The notes under the pieces: generated by a model
Databases searched by the model: none
What the model saw: only the letters and a program-made list of their open reading frames with translations
What the model was told of the DNA's origin: nothing
Assembly (NCBI GenBank): GCA_964016885.1
Contig: OZ024742.1
Span: forward strand, 6,138,001-6,202,000
DNA: 64,000 nt
Reading direction: 5' to 3'
Source of the DNA: Eledone cirrhosa
Taxonomy: Eukaryota
Position numbers and translations under genes: made by a program
Shown: piece by piece, positions 18,001 to 35,445 of the stretch
Layout: every line of letters starts with the position of its first letter
How positions within the stretch are numbered: the first letter of the stretch is position 1

Positions 18001-21000
18001 TAATAACAACAGCAATGGCAACATCAAAAACAACTATCATAGCAACAACGCTGTAATAACAACACCAATGGCAACAGCAACAACAACAACAACAACTATC
18101 ATAGCAACAACGCTGTAATAACAACACCAATGGCAACAGCAACAACAACAACAACTATCATAGCAACAACGATGTAATAACAACACCAATGGCAACAACA
18201 ACAACAACTATCATAGCAACAACGCTGTAATAAAAACACCAATGGCAACAGCAACAACAACAACTATCATAGCAACAACGCTGTAATAACAACACCAATG
18301 GCAACAGCAACAACAACAACAACTACTATCATAGCAACAACGCTGTAATAACAACACCAATGGCAACATCAACAACAACAACTATCATAGCAACAACGCT
18401 GTAATAACAACACCAATGGCAACAGCAACAACAACAACAACTACTATCATAGCAACAACGCTGTAATAACAACAGCAATGGCAACATCAACAACAACAAC
18501 TATCATAGCAACAACGCTGTAATAACAACACCAATGGCAACGGCAACACCAACAACTACTCTCATAGCAACAACGCTGTAATAACAACATCAATGGCAAC
18601 AGCAACAACAACAACTATCATAGCAACAACGCTGTAATAACAACACCAATGGCAACATCAACAACAACAACTATCATAGCAACAACGCTGTAATAACAAC
18701 ACGAATGGCAACATCAACAACAACAACTATCATAGCAACAACGCTGTAATAAAAACACCAATGGCAACAGCAACAACAACAACTATCATAGCAACAACGC
18801 CGTAATAACAACACCAATGGCAACAACAACAACAACTATCATTAGAACAACGCTGTAATAACAACATCAATGGCAACATCAACAACAACAACTATCATAG
18901 CAACAACGCTTTAATAACAACACCAATGGCAATATCAACAACAACAACTACCATAGCAACAACGCTGTAATAACAACACCAATGGCAACAGCAACAACAA
19001 CAACTATCATAGCAACAACGCTGTAATAACAACACCAATGGCAACATCAACAACAACAACAACAACAACTATCATAGCAACAACGCTGTAATAACAACAC
19101 CAATGGCAACAGCAACAACAACAACAACAACAACTATCATAGCAACAACGCTGTAATAACAACACCAATGGCAACATCAACAACAACAACAACAACAACA
19201 ACTATCATAGCAACAACGCTGTAATAACAACACCAATGGCAACATCAACAACAACAACAACAACAACTATCATAGCAACAACGCTGTAATAACAACACCA
19301 ATGGCAACATCAACAACAACAACAACAACAACTATCATAGCAAAAACGCTGTAATAACAACACCAATGGCAACATCAACAACAACAACAACAACAACTAT
19401 CATAGCAACAACGCTCTAATTACAACACCAATGGCAACAGCAACAACAACAACAACTATCATAGCAACGACGCTGTAATAACAACACCAATGGCAACAGC
19501 AACAACAACAACTACCATAGCAACAACGCTGTAATAACAACACCAATGGCAACAGCAACAACAACAACTATCATAGCAACAACGCTGTAATAACAACACC
19601 AATGGCAACAGCAACAACAACAACAACAATTATCATAACAACAACGCTGTAATAACACAGCAATGGCAACATCAACAACAACAACTATCATAGCAACAAC
19701 GCTGTAATAACAACACCAATGGCAACAGCAACAACAACAACAACTATCATAGCAACAACGCTGTAATAACAACACCAATGGCAACATCAACAACAACAAC
19801 AATCATAGCAACAACGCTGTAATAACAACACCAATGGCAACAGCAACAACAACAACAACTACTATCATAGCAACAACGCTGTAATAACAACACCAATGGC
19901 AACAGCAACAACAACAACAACTATCATAGCAACAACGCTGTAATAACAACACCAATGGCAACATCAACAACAACAACTATCATAGCAACAACGCTGTAAT
20001 AACAACACCAATGGCAACAGCAACAACAACAACAACTATCATAGCAACAACGCTGTAATAACAACACCAATGGCAACAGCAACAACAACAACAACTACTA
20101 TCATAGCAACAACGCTGTAATAACAACACCAATGGCAACAGCAACAACAACAACTACTACTATCATAGCAACAACGCTGTAATAAGAACACCAATGGCAA
20201 CAGCAACAGCAACTATCATAGCAACAACGTTGTAATTATAACACCAATGGCAACAGCAACAACAACAACTATCATAGCAACAACGCTGTAATAACAACAC
20301 AAATGGCAACAGCAACAACCACAACAACTCTCATAGCAACAACGCTGTAATAACGACAGCAATGGCAACATCAACAACAACAACTATCATAGCAACAACG
20401 CTGTAATAAGAACACCAATGGCAACAGCAACAGCAGCTATCATAGCAACAACGTTGTAATTATAACACCAATGGCAACAGCAACAACAACAACTATCATA
20501 GCAACAACGCTGTAATAACAACACAAATGGCAACAGCAACAACAACAACAACAACAACTACCATAGCAACAACGCTTTAATAACAACACCAATGGCAACA
20601 TCAACAACAACAACTATCATAGAAACAACGCTGTAATAACAACACCATTGGCAACAGCAACAACAACAACAACTATCATAGCAACAACGCTGTAATAACA
20701 ACACCAATGGCAACATCAACCACGACAACAACAACAACTACCATAGCAACAACGCTGTAATAACAACACCAATGGCAACAGCAACAACAACAACTACCAT
20801 AGCAACAACACTGTAATAACAACACCATTGGCAACAGCAACAACAACAACTATCATAGCAACAACGCTGTAATAACAACAACAATGGCAACATCAACAAC
20901 AACAACAACAACAACTATCATAGCAACAACGCTGTAATAACACAGCAATGGCAACATCAACAACAACAACTATCATAGCAACAACGCTCTAATAACAACA

Positions 21001-24000
21001 CCAATGGCAACAGCAACAACAACAACAACTATCATAGCAACAACGCTGTAATAACAACACCAATGGCAACAGCAACAACAACAACTATCATAGCAACAAC
21101 GCTGTAATAACAACACCAATGGCAACATCAACAACAACAACAACAACTATCATAGCAACAACGCTGTAATAACAACACCATTGGCAACAGCAACAACAAC
21201 AACAACTATCATAGCAACACCGCTGTAATAACAGCACCAATGGCAACAGCAACAACAACAACAACAACTATCATAACAACAACGCTGTAATAACACAGCA
21301 ATGGCAACATCAACAAAAACAACAATCATAGCAACAACGCTGAAATAACAACACCAATGGCAACAGCAACAACAACAACTACTATCATAGCAACAACGCT
21401 GTAATAACAACACCAATGGCGACATCAACAACAACAACTATCATAGCAACAACGCTGTAATAACAATACCAATGACAACAACTATCATAGCAACAACGCT
21501 GTGATAACAACAGCAATGGCAACAGTAACAACAACAACAACTATCATAGCAACAACGCTGTAATAAAAACACCAATGGCAACAGCAACAACAACAACTAT
21601 CATAGCAACAACGCTGTAATAACAACAGCAATGGCAACATCAACAACAACTATCATTACAACAACGTTGTAATAACAACACCATTGGCAACAGCAACAAC
21701 AACAACAACTATCATAGCAACAACGCTGTAATAATAACACCAATGCCAACAACAACAACAACAACTATCAGAGCAACCACGCTGTAATAACAACAGCAAT
21801 GGCAACAGCAACAACAACAACTATCATAGCAACAACGCTGTAATAACAACACCAATGGCAACAACAACAACAACTATCATAGCAACCACGCTGTAATAAC
21901 AACAGCAATGGCAACAGCAACAACAACGACTATCATAGCAACAACGCTGTAATAACAACAGCAATTGCAACAGCAACAACAACAACTATCATAGCAACAA
22001 CGCTGTAATAACAACACCAATGGCAACAGCAACAACAACAACTATCATAGCAACAACGCTGTAATAACAACACCAATGGCAACAGCAACAACAACAACAA
22101 CTACTATCATAGCAACAACGCTGTAATAACAACACCAATGGCAACAGCAACAACAACAACAACTACTATCATAGCAACAACGCTGTAATAACAACAGCAA
22201 TGGCAACAGCAACAACAACAACTATCATAGCAACAACGCTGTAATAACAACACCAATGGCAACATCAACAACAACAACAACAACAACAACTATCATAGCA
22301 ACAACGCTGTAATAACAGAGCAATGGCAACATCAACGACAACAACTATCATAGCAACAACGCTGTAATAACAACACCATTAGCAACAGCAACAACAACAA
22401 CAACTATCATAGCAACAACGCTGTAATAACAACACCATTGGCAACAGCAACAACAACAACAACTATCATAGCAACAACGCTGTAATAACAACACCAATGG
22501 CAACATCAACAACAACAACTATCATAGCAACAACACTGTAATAACAACACCAATGGCAACAGCAACAACAACAACAACTATCATAGCAACAACGCTGTAA
22601 TAACAACACCAATGGCAACATCAACAACAACAACTATCATAGCAACAACACTGTAATCACAACACCAATGGCAACAGCAACAACAACAACAACTATCATA
22701 GCAACAACGATGTAATAACAACACCAATGGCAACAACAACAACAACTATCATAGCAACAACGCTGTAATAACAACACCAATGGCAACAGCAACAACAACA
22801 ACAACTACTATCATAGCAACAACGCTGTAATAACAACAGCAATGGCAACATCAAAAACAACAACTATCATAGCAACAACACTGTAATAACAACACCAATG
22901 GCAACAGCAACAACAACAACAACTATCATAGCAACAACGATGTAATAACAACACCAATGGCAACAACAACAACAACTATCATAGCAACAACGCTGTAATA
23001 ACAACACCAATGGCAACAGCAACAACAACAACAACTACTATCATAGCAACAACGCTGTAATAACAACACCAATGACAACATCAACAAGAACAACTATCAT
23101 AGCAACAACGCTGTAATAACAACACCAATGGCAACAGCAACAACAACAACAACTATCATAGCAACAACGATGTAATAACAACACCAATGGCAACAACAAC
23201 AACAACTATCATAGCAACAACGCTGTAATAAAAACACCAATGGCAACAGCAACAACAACAACTATCATAGCAACAACGCTGTAATAACAACACCAATGGC
23301 AACAGCAACAACAACAACAACTACTATCATAGCAACAACGCTGTAATAACAACACCAATGGCAACATCAACAACAACAACTATCATAGCAACAACGCTGT
23401 AATAACAACACCAATGGCAACAGCAACAACAACAACAACTACTATCATAGCAACAACGCTGTAATAACAACAGCAATGGCAACATCAACAACAACAACTA
23501 TCATAGCAACAACGCTGTAATAACAACACCAATGGCAACGGCAACAACAACAACTATCATAGCAACAACGCTGTAATAACAACACCAATGGCAGCAGCAA
23601 CAACAACAACTATCACAGCAACAACGCTGTAATAACAACATCAATGGCAACAGCAACAACAACAACTATCATAGCAACAACGCTGTAATAACAACACCAA
23701 TGGCAACATCAACCACAACAACTATCATAGCAACAACGCTGTAATAAAAACACCAATGGCAACAGCAACAACAACAACTATCATAGCAACAACGCCGTAA
23801 TAACAACACCAATGGCAACAACAACAACAACTATCATTACAACAACGCTGTAATAACAACATCAATGGCAACATCAACAACAACAACTATCATAGCAACA
23901 ACGCTTTAATAACAACACCAATGGCAATATCAACAACAACAACTACCATAGCAACAACGCTGTAATAACAACACCAATGGCAACAGCAACAACAACAACT

Positions 24001-27000
24001 ATCATAGCAACAACGCTGTAATAACAACACCAATGGCAACATCAACAACAACAACAACAACAACTATCATAGCAACAACGCTGTAATAACAACACCAATG
24101 GCAACATCAACAACAACAACAACAACAACAACTATCATAGCAACAACGCTGTAATAACAACACCAATGGCAACATCAACAACAACAACAACAACAACTAT
24201 CATAGCAACAACGCTGTAATAACAACACCAATGGCAACATCAACAACAACAACAACAACAACTATCATAGCAACAACGCTGTAATAACAACACCAATGGC
24301 AACATCAACAACAACAACAACAACAACTATCATAGCAACAACGCTTTAATAACAACACCAATGGCAACATCAACAACAACAACAACTATCATAGCAACAA
24401 CGCTCTAATAACAACACCAATGGCAACAGCAACAACAACAACAACTATCATAGCAACGACGCTGTAATAACAACACCAATGGCAACAGCAACAACAACAA
24501 CTACCATAGCAACAACGCTGTAATAACAACACCAATGGCAACAGCAACAACAACAACTATCATAGCAACAACGCTGTAATAACAACACCAATGGCAACAG
24601 CAACAACAACAACAACAATTATCATAACAACAACGCTGTAATAACACAGCAATGGCAATATCAACAACAACAACTATCATAGCAACAACGCTGTAATAAC
24701 AACACCAATGGCAACAGCAACAACAACAACAACTATCATAGCAACAACGCTGTAATAACAACACCAATGGCAACATCAACAACAACAACAATCATAGCAA
24801 CAACGCTGTAATAACAACACCAATGGCAATAGCAACAACAACAACAACTACTATCATAGCAACAACGCTGTAATAACAACACCAATGGCAACAGCAACAA
24901 CAACAACAACTACTATCATAGCAACAACGCTGTAATAACAACACCAATGGCAACAGCAACAACAACAACAACTATCATAGCAACAACGCTGTAATAACAA
25001 CACCAATGGCAACATCAACAACAACAACTATCATAGCAACAACGCTGTAATAACAACACCAATGGCAACAGCAACAACAACAACAACTATCATAGCAACA
25101 ACGCTGTAATAACAACACCAATGGCAACAGCAACAACAACAACAACTACTATCATAGCAACAACGCTGTAATAACAACACCAATGGCAACAGCAACAACA
25201 ACAACAACTACTATCATAGCAACAACGCTGTAATAAGAACACCAATGGCAACAGCAACAGCAACTATCATAGCAACAACGTTGTAATTATAACACCAATG
25301 GCAACAGCAACAACAACAACTATCATAGCAACAACGCTGTAATAACAACACAAATGGCAACAGCAACAACCACAACAACTCTCATAGCAACAACGCTGTA
25401 ATAACGACAGCAATGGCAACATCAACAACAACAACTATCATAGCAACAACGCTGTAATAAGAACACCAATGGCAACAGCAACAGCAACTATCATAGCAAC
25501 AACGTTGTAATTATAACACCAATGGCAACAGCAACAACAACAACTATCATAGCAACAACGCTGTAATAACAACACAAATGGCAACAGCAACAACAACAAC
25601 AACAACAACTACCATAGCAACAACGCTTTAATAACAACACCAATGGCAACATCAACAACAACAACTATCATAGAAACAACGCTGTAATAACAACACCATT
25701 GGCAACAGCAACAACAACAACAACTATCATAGCAACAACGCTGTAATAACAACACCAATGGCAACATCAACCACGACAACAACAACAACTACCATAGCAA
25801 CAACGCTGTAATAACAACACCAATGGCAACAGCAACAACAACAACTACCATAGCAACAACACTGTAATAACAACACCATTGGCAACAGCAACAACAACAA
25901 CTATCATAGCAACAACGCTGTAATAACAACAACAATGGCAACATCAACAACAACAACAACAACAACTATCATAGCAACAACGCTGTAATAACACAGCAAT
26001 GGCAACATCAACAACAACAACTATCATAGCAACAACGCTCTAATAACAACACCAATGGCAACAGCAACAACAACAACAACTATCATAGCAACAACGCTGT
26101 AATAACAACACCAATGGCAACAGCAACAACAACAACTATCATAGCAACAACGCTGTAATAAAAACACCAATGGCAACATCAACAACAACAACAACAACTA
26201 TCATAGCAACAACGCTGTAATAACAACACCATTGGCAACAGCAACAACAACAACTATCATAGCAACAACGCTGTAATAACAGCACCAATGGCAACAGCAA
26301 CAACAACAACAACAACTATCATAACAACAACGCTGTAATAACACAGCAATGGCAACATCAACAAAAACAACAATCATAGCAACAACGCTGAAATAACAAC
26401 ACCAATGGCAACAGCAACAACAACAACTACTATCATAGCAACAACGCTGTAATAACAACACCAATGGCAACATCAACAACAACAACTATCATAGCAACAA
26501 CGCTGTGATAACAACACCAATGGCAACAGTAACAACAACAACAACTATCATAGCAACAACGCTGTAATAAAAACACCAATGGCAACAGCAACAACAACAA
26601 CTATCATAGCAACAACGCTGTAATAACAACAGCAATGGCAACATCAACAACAACTATCATTACAACAACGTTGTAATAACAACACCATTGGCAACAGCAA
26701 CAACAACAACAACTATCATAGCAACAACGCTGTAATAATAACACCAATGCCAACAACAACAACAACAACTATCAGAGCAACCACGCTGTAATAACAACAG
26801 CAATGGCAACAGCAACAACAACGACTATCATAGCAACAACGCTGTAATAACAACAGCAATGGCAACAGCAACAACAACAACTATCATAGCAACAACGCTG
26901 TAATAACAACACCAATGGCAACATCAACAACAACAACTATCATAGCAACAACGCTGTAATAACAACACCAATGGCAACAGCAACAACAACAACTATCATA

Positions 27001-30000
27001 GCAACAACGCTGTAATAACAACACCAATGGCAACAGCAACAACAACAACTATCATAGCAACAACGCTGTAATAACAACACCAATGGCAACAACAACAACA
27101 ACTATCATAGCAACCACGCTGTAATAACAACAGCAATGGCAACAGCAACAACAACGACTATCATAGCAACAACGCTGTAATAACAACAGCAACAACAACA
27201 ACTATCATAGCAACAACGCTGTAATAACAACACCAATGGCAACAGCAACAACAACAACTATCATTGCAACAACGCTGTAATAACAAAACCAATGGCAACA
27301 GCAACAACAGCAACTATCATAGCAACAACGCTGTAATAACAACAGCAATGGCAACAGCAACAACAACAACTATCATAGCAACAACGCTGTAATAACAAAA
27401 CCAATGGCAACAGCAACAACAGCAACTATCATAGCAACAACGCTGTAATAACAACAGCAATGGCAACAGCAACAACAACAACTTTCATAGCAACAACGCT
27501 GTAATAACAACACCAATGGCAACAGCAACAACAACAACTATCATAGCAACAACGCTGTAATAACAACACCAATGGCAACAGCAACAACAACAACAACTAT
27601 CATAGCAACAACGCTGTAATATCAACACCAGTGGCAACAGCAACAACAACAACTATCATAGCAACAACGCTGTAATAACAACACCAAAGGCAACAGCAAC
27701 AGCAACAACAACAACTATCATAGCAACAACGCTGTAATAAGAACACCAATGGCAAAAGCAACGGCAACTATCATAGCAACAACGTTGTAATTATAACACC
27801 AATGTCAACAGCAACAACAACAACTATCATAGCAACAACGCTGTAATAACAACACAAATGGCAACAGCAACAACAACAACAACTCTCACCACAACAACGC
27901 TGTAATAACGACAGCAATGGCAACATCAACAACAACAACTATCATAGCAACAACGCTGTAATAACAACACCAATGGCAACAACAACAACTATCATAGCAA
28001 CAACGCTGTAATAACAACACCATTGGCAACAGCAACAACAACAAAAACTATGATAGCAACAACGCTGTAATAACAACACCAATGGCAACATCAACAACCA
28101 CAACTATCATAGCAACAACGCTGTAATAACAACACCAATGGCAACAGCAACAGCAACAACTATCATAGCATCAACGCTGTAATAACAACACAAATGGCAA
28201 CAGCAACAACAACAACTATCATAGCAACAACGATGTAATAACAACACCAATGGCAACAGCAACAACAACAACTATCATAGCAACAACGCTGTAATAACAA
28301 CAGCAATGGCAACAACAACAACAACAACTATCATAGCAACAACGCTGTAATAACAACACTAATGTCAACAGTAACAACAACAACTATGATAGCAACAACG
28401 CTGAAATAAAAACACCAATGGCAACAGCAACAACAACACGTATCATAGCAACAACGCTGTAATAACAATACCAATGGCAACATCAACAACAACAACTATC
28501 ATAGCAACAACGCTGTAATAACAACACCAATGGCAACAGCAACAACAACAACTATCATAGCAACAACGCTGTAATAACAACACCAATGGCAACAGCAACA
28601 ACAACAACTATCATAGCAACAACGCTCTAATAAAAACACCAATGGCAACAGCAACAACAACACGTATCATAGCAACAACGCTGTAATAACAACACCAATG
28701 GCAACATCAACAACAACAACTATCATAGCAACAACGCTGTAATAAAAACACCAATGGCAACAACAACAACAACACGTATCATAGCAACAACGCTGTAATA
28801 ACAACACCAATGGCAACATCAACAACAACAACTATCATAGCAACAACGCTGTAATAACAACACCAATGGCAACAGCAACAACAACAACTATCATAGCAAC
28901 AACGCTGTAATAACAACACCAATGGCAACAGCAACAACAACAACAATCATAGCAACAACGCTGTAATAACAACACCAATGGCAACAGCAACAACAACAAC
29001 TACTATCATAGCAACAACGCTGTAATAACAACACCAATGGCAACAGCAACAACAACAACTATCATAGCAACAACGCTGTAATAACAACACCAATGGCAAC
29101 ATCAACAACAACAACTATCATAGCAACAACGCTGTAATAACAACACCATTGGCAACAGCAACAACAACAACTATCATAGCAACAACGCTGTAATAACAAC
29201 ACCAATGGCAACAGCAACGACAACAACTATCATAGCAACAACGCTGTAATAACAACACCAATGGCAACAGCAACAACAACAACTATCATAGCAACAACGT
29301 TGTAATTATAACACCAATGGCAACAGCAACAACAACAACTATCATAGCAACAACGCTTTAATAACAATCCCAATGGCAACAGCAACAACAACAACTATCA
29401 TAGCAACAACGCTGTGATAACAACACCAATGGCAACAGCAACAACAGCAACAACTATCATAGCAACAGCGATGTAATAACAACACCATTGGCAACAACAA
29501 CAACAACTAGCATAGCAACAACGCTTTAATAAAAACACCAATGGCAACAGCAACAACAACAACTATCATAGCAACAACGCTGTAATAACAACAGCAATGG
29601 CAACATCAACAACAACAACTATCATAGCAACAACGCTGTAATAACAACACCAATGGCAACAGAAACAACAACAACTACCATAGCAACAACGCTGTAATAA
29701 CAACACCAATGGCAACAGCAACAACAACAACTACCATAGCAACAACGCTGTAATAACAACACCAATGGCAACAGCAACAACAACAACTATCATAGCAACC
29801 ACGCTGTAATAACAACAGCAATGGCAAGAGCAACAACAACGACTATCATAGCAACAACGCTGTAATAACAACAGCAATGGCAACAGCAACAACAACAACT
29901 ATCATAGCAACAACGCTGTAATAACAACACCAATGGCAACAGCAACAACAACAACTATCATAGCAACAACGCTGTAATAACAAAACCAATGGCAACAGCA

Positions 30001-33000
30001 ACAACAACAACTATCATAGCAACAACGCTGTAATAACAACAGCAATGGCAACAGCAACAACAACAACTATCATAGCAACAACGCTGTAATAACAACAGCA
30101 ATGGCAACAGCAACAACAACAACTATCATAGCAACAACGCTGTAATAACAACAGCAATGGCAACAGCAACAACAACAACTTTCATAGCAACAACGCTGTA
30201 ATAACAACACCAATGGCAACAGCAACAACAACAACAACTATCATAGCAACAACGCTGTAATATCAACACCAGTGGCAACAGCAACAACAACAACTATCAT
30301 AGCAACAACGCTGTAATAACAACACCAAAGGCAACAGCAACAGCAACAACAACAACTATCATAGCAACAACGCTGTAATAAGAACACCAATGGCAAAAGC
30401 AACAGCAACTATCATAGCAACAACGTTGTAATTATAACACCAATGGCAACAGCAACAACAACAACTATCATAGCAACAACGCTGTAATAACAACACAAAT
30501 GGCAACAGCAACAACAACAACTCTCACAGCAACAACGCTGTAATAACGACAGCAATGGCAACATCAACAACAACAACTATCATAGCAACAACGCTGTAAT
30601 AACAACACCAATGGCAACAACAACAACTATCATAGCAACAACGTTGAAATAACAACACCATTGGCAACAGCAACAACAACAACAACTATGATAGCAACAA
30701 CGCTGTAATAACAACACCAATAGCAACATCAACAACCACAACTATCATAGCAACAACGCTGTAATAACAACACCAATGGCAACAGCAACAACAACAACTA
30801 TCATAGCATCAACGCTGTAATAACAACACAAATGGCAACAGCAACAACAACTATCATAGCAACAACGCTGTAATAACAACACCAATGGCAACAGCAACAA
30901 CAACAACTATCATAGATACAACGCTGTAATAACAACAGCAATGGCAACAACAACAACAACAACTATCATAGCAACAACGCTGTAATAACAACACCAATGG
31001 CAACAGCAACAACAACAACTATCATAGCAACAACGCTGTAATAAAAACACCAATGGCAACAGCAACAACAACACGTATCATAGCAACAACGCTGTAATAA
31101 CAACACCAATGGCAAAATCAACAACAACTATCATTGCAACAACGCTGTAATAACAACACCAATGGCAACAGCAACAACAACAACTATCATAGCAACAACG
31201 CTGTAATAACAACACCAATGGCAACAGCAACAACAACAACTATCATAGCAACAACGCTGTAATAAAAACACCAATGGCAACAGCAACAACAACACGTATC
31301 ATAGCAACAACGCTGTAATAACAACACCAATGGCAACATCAACAACAACAACTATCATAGCAACAACGCTGTAATAAAAACACCAATGGCAACAACAACA
31401 ACAACACGTATCATAGCAACAACGCTGTAATAACAACACCAATGGCAACATCAACAACAACAACTATCATAGCAACAACGCTGTAATAACAACACCAATG
31501 GCAACAGCAACAACAACAACTATCATAGCAACAACGCTGTAATAACAACACCAATGGCAACAGCAACAACAACAACAACTATCATAACAACAACGCTGTA
31601 ATAACACAGCGATGGCAACATCAACAACAACAACAATCATAGCAACAACGCTGAAATAACAACACCAATGGCAACAGCAACAACAACAACTACTATCATA
31701 GCAACAACGCTGTAATAACAACACCAATGGCAACATCAACAACAACAACTATCATAGCAACAACGCTGTAATAACAACACCAATGACAACAGCAACAACA
31801 ACAACTATCATAGCAACAACGCTGTAATAACAACAACAATGGCAACATCAACAAAAACAACTATCATAGCAACAACGCTGTAATAACTACACCAATGGCA
31901 ACAACAACAACTATCATAGAAACAACGCTGTAATAACAACACCAATGGCAACAACAACAACAACAACTAGCATAGCAACAACGCTGTAATAACAACACCA
32001 ATGGCAACAGCAACAACAACAACTACCATAGCAACAACGCTGTAATAACAACACCATTGGCAACAGCAACAACAACAACAACTATCATAGCAACAACGCT
32101 GTAATAACAACACCAATGGCAACATCAACAACAACAACAACAACAACTATCATAGCAACAACGCTGTAATAACACAGCAATGGCAACATCAACAACAACA
32201 ACTATCATAGCAACAACGCTCTAATAACAACACCAATGGCAACAGCAACAAGAACAACTATCATAGCAACAACGCTGTAATAACAACACCAATGGCAACA
32301 TCAACAACAACAACAACAACTATCATAGCAACAACGCTGTAATAACAACACCATTGGCAACAGCAACAACAACAACAACTATCATAGCAACAACGCTGTA
32401 ATAACAGCACCAATGGCAACAGCAACAACAACAACAACAACTATCATAGCAACAACGCTGTAATAACAACACCGTTGGCAACAGCAACAACAACAACAAC
32501 TATCATAGCAACAACGCTGTAATAACACAGCAATGGCAACATCAACAACAACAACAATCTTAGCAACAACGCTGAAATAACAACACCAATGGCAACAGCA
32601 ACAACAACAACTACTATCATAGCAACAACGTTGTAATAACAACACCAATGGCAACATCAACAACAACAACTATCATAGCAACAACGCTGTGATAACAACA
32701 CCAATGGCAACAGCAACAACAACAACAACTATCATAGCAACAACGCTGTAATAAAAACACCAATGGCAACAGCAACAACAACAACTATCATAGCAACAAC
32801 GCTGTAATAACAACAGCAATGGCAACATCAACAACAACAACTATCATAGCAACAACGCTGTAATAACAAAACCAATGGCAACAGCAACAACAACAACTAT
32901 CATAGCAACAACGCTGTAATAACACAGCAATGGCAACAGCAACAACAACAACTATCATAGCAACAACGCTGTAATAACAACACCAATGGCAACAGCAACA

Positions 33001-35445
33001 ACAACAACTATCATAGCAACAACGCTGTAATAACAACACCAATGGCAACAGCAACAACAACAACTATCATAGCAACAACGCTGTAATAACACAGCAATGG
33101 CAACAGCAACAACAACAACTATCATAGCAACAACGCTGTAATAACAACACCAATGGCAACAGCAACAACAACAACTATCATAGCAACAACGCTGTAATAA
33201 CAACACCAATGGCAACAGCAACAACAACAACAACAACTATCATAGCAAGAACGCTGTAATATCAACACCAGTGGCAACAGCAACAACAACAACTATCATA
33301 GCAACAACGCTGTAATAACAACACCAAAGGCAACAGCAACAGCAACAACAACAACTATCATAGCAACAACGCTGTAATAAGAACACCAATGGCAACAGCA
33401 ACAGCAACTATCATAGCAACAACGTTGTAATTATAACACCAATGGCAACAGCAACAACAACAACTATCATAGCAACAACGCTGTAATAACAACACAAATG
33501 GCAACACCAACAACCACAACAACTCTCATAGCAACAACGCTGTAATAACGACAGCAATGGCAACATCAACAACAACAACTATCATAGCAACAACGCTGTA
33601 ATAAGAACACCAATGGCAACAGCAACAGCAACTATCATAGCAACAACGTTGTAATTATAACACCAATGGCAACAGCAACAACAACAACTATCATAGCAAC
33701 AACGCTGTAATAACAACACAAATGGCAACAGCAACAACAACAACAACTCTCATAGCAACAACGCTGTAATAACGACACCAATGGCAACATCAACAACAAC
33801 AACTATCATAGCAACAACGCTGTAATAACAACACAAATGGCAACAGCAACAACAACAACAACTCTCATAGCAACAACGCTGTAATAACAACACCAATGGC
33901 AACATCAACAACAACAACTATCATAGCAACAACGCTGTAATAACAACACCAATGGCAACAACAACAACTATCATAGAAACAACGCTGTAATAACAACACC
34001 AATGGCAACAACAACAACAACAACTAGCATAGCAACAACGCTGTAATAACACAGCAATGGCAACAGCAACAACAACAACTATCATAGCAACAACGCTGTA
34101 ATAACAACACCAATGGCAACAGCAACAACAACAACTATCATAGCAACAACGCTGTAATAACAACACCAATGGCAACAGCAACAACAACAACAACTATCAT
34201 AGCAACAACGCTGTAATAACAACACCAATGGCAACATCAACAACATCAACTATCATAGCAACAACGCTGTAATAACAACACCAATGGCAACAACAACAAC
34301 TATCATAGCAACAACGTTGTAATAACAACACCATTGGCAACAGCAACAACAACAACAACTATGATAGCAACAATGCTGTAATAACAACACCAATGGCAAC
34401 ATCAACAACCACAACTATCATAGCAACAACGCTGTAATAACAACACCAATGGCAACAGCAACAACAACAACTATCATAGCATCAACGCTGTAATAACAAC
34501 ACAAATGGCAACAGCAACAACAACAACTATCATAGCAACAACGCTGTAATAACAACACCAATGGCAACAACAACAACAACAACTATCATAGCAACAACGC
34601 TGTAATAACAACACCAATGGCAACAGCAACAACAACAACTATCATAGCAACAACGCTGTAATAACGACAGCAATGGCAACATCAACAACAACAACTATCA
34701 TAGCAACAACGCTGTAATAACAACACCAATGGCAACAGCAACAGCAACTATCATAGCAACAACGTTGTAATAACAACACCAATGGCAACAGCAACAACAA
34801 CAACTATCATAGCAACAACGTTGTAATAACAACAACAATGGCAACATCAACAACAACAACTATCATAGCAACAACGCTGTAATAACAACACCAATGGCAA
34901 CATCAACAACAACAGCTATCATAGCAACAACGTTGTAATAACAACACCAATGGCAACAGCAACAACAACAACTATCATAGCAACAACGCTGTAATAACAA
35001 CACCAACGGCAACAGCAACAACAACAACTATCATAGCAACAACGCTCTAATAACAACACCATTGGCAACAGTAACAGCAACAACTATCATAGCAACAACG
35101 CTGTAATAACAAAACCAATGGCAACAGCAACAACAACAACATCTATCATAGCAACAACGCTGTAATAACAACACCAATGGCAACAGCAACAGCAACAACA
35201 ACTATCATAGCAACAACGCTGTAATAACAACACCAATGGCAACAGCAACAACAACAACATCTATCATAGCAACAACGCTGTAATAACAACACCAATGGCA
35301 ACAGCAACAACAACAACTATCATAGCAACAATGCTGTAATAACAACACCAATGGCAACAACAACAACAACAACATCTATCATAGCAACAACGCTGTAATA
35401 ACAACACCAATGGCAACAGCAACAACAACAACTATCATAGCAACA
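1..35445. repeat. Satellite array A: 56-bp base unit AACGCTGTAATAACAACACCAATGGCAACA(T/G)CAACAACAACAACTATCATAGCAAC, variants mostly 53/56/59/62/65 bp, roughly 600 units, truncated by the left window edge
   Basis: Read directly: unit 1 is 1-56 and unit 2 is 57-115 (59 bp). The anchors GCTGTAAT, CCAATGGC and CTATCATAGC recur continuously to 35445. Length differences come mainly from the number of AAC/TAC triplets. Copy number is estimated as length divided by about 58. Confidence 0.98.

Noticed and set aside
3671-34193. Many minus-strand Cys/Val/Leu-rich ORFs (MLLL...CCYDSCCCC...) resembling metallothioneins or toxins
   Set aside because: They are translations of (GTT)n-rich array A in rotating frames, begin at TTG codons within the repeat, and are extended only where a variant removes or bypasses a stop.
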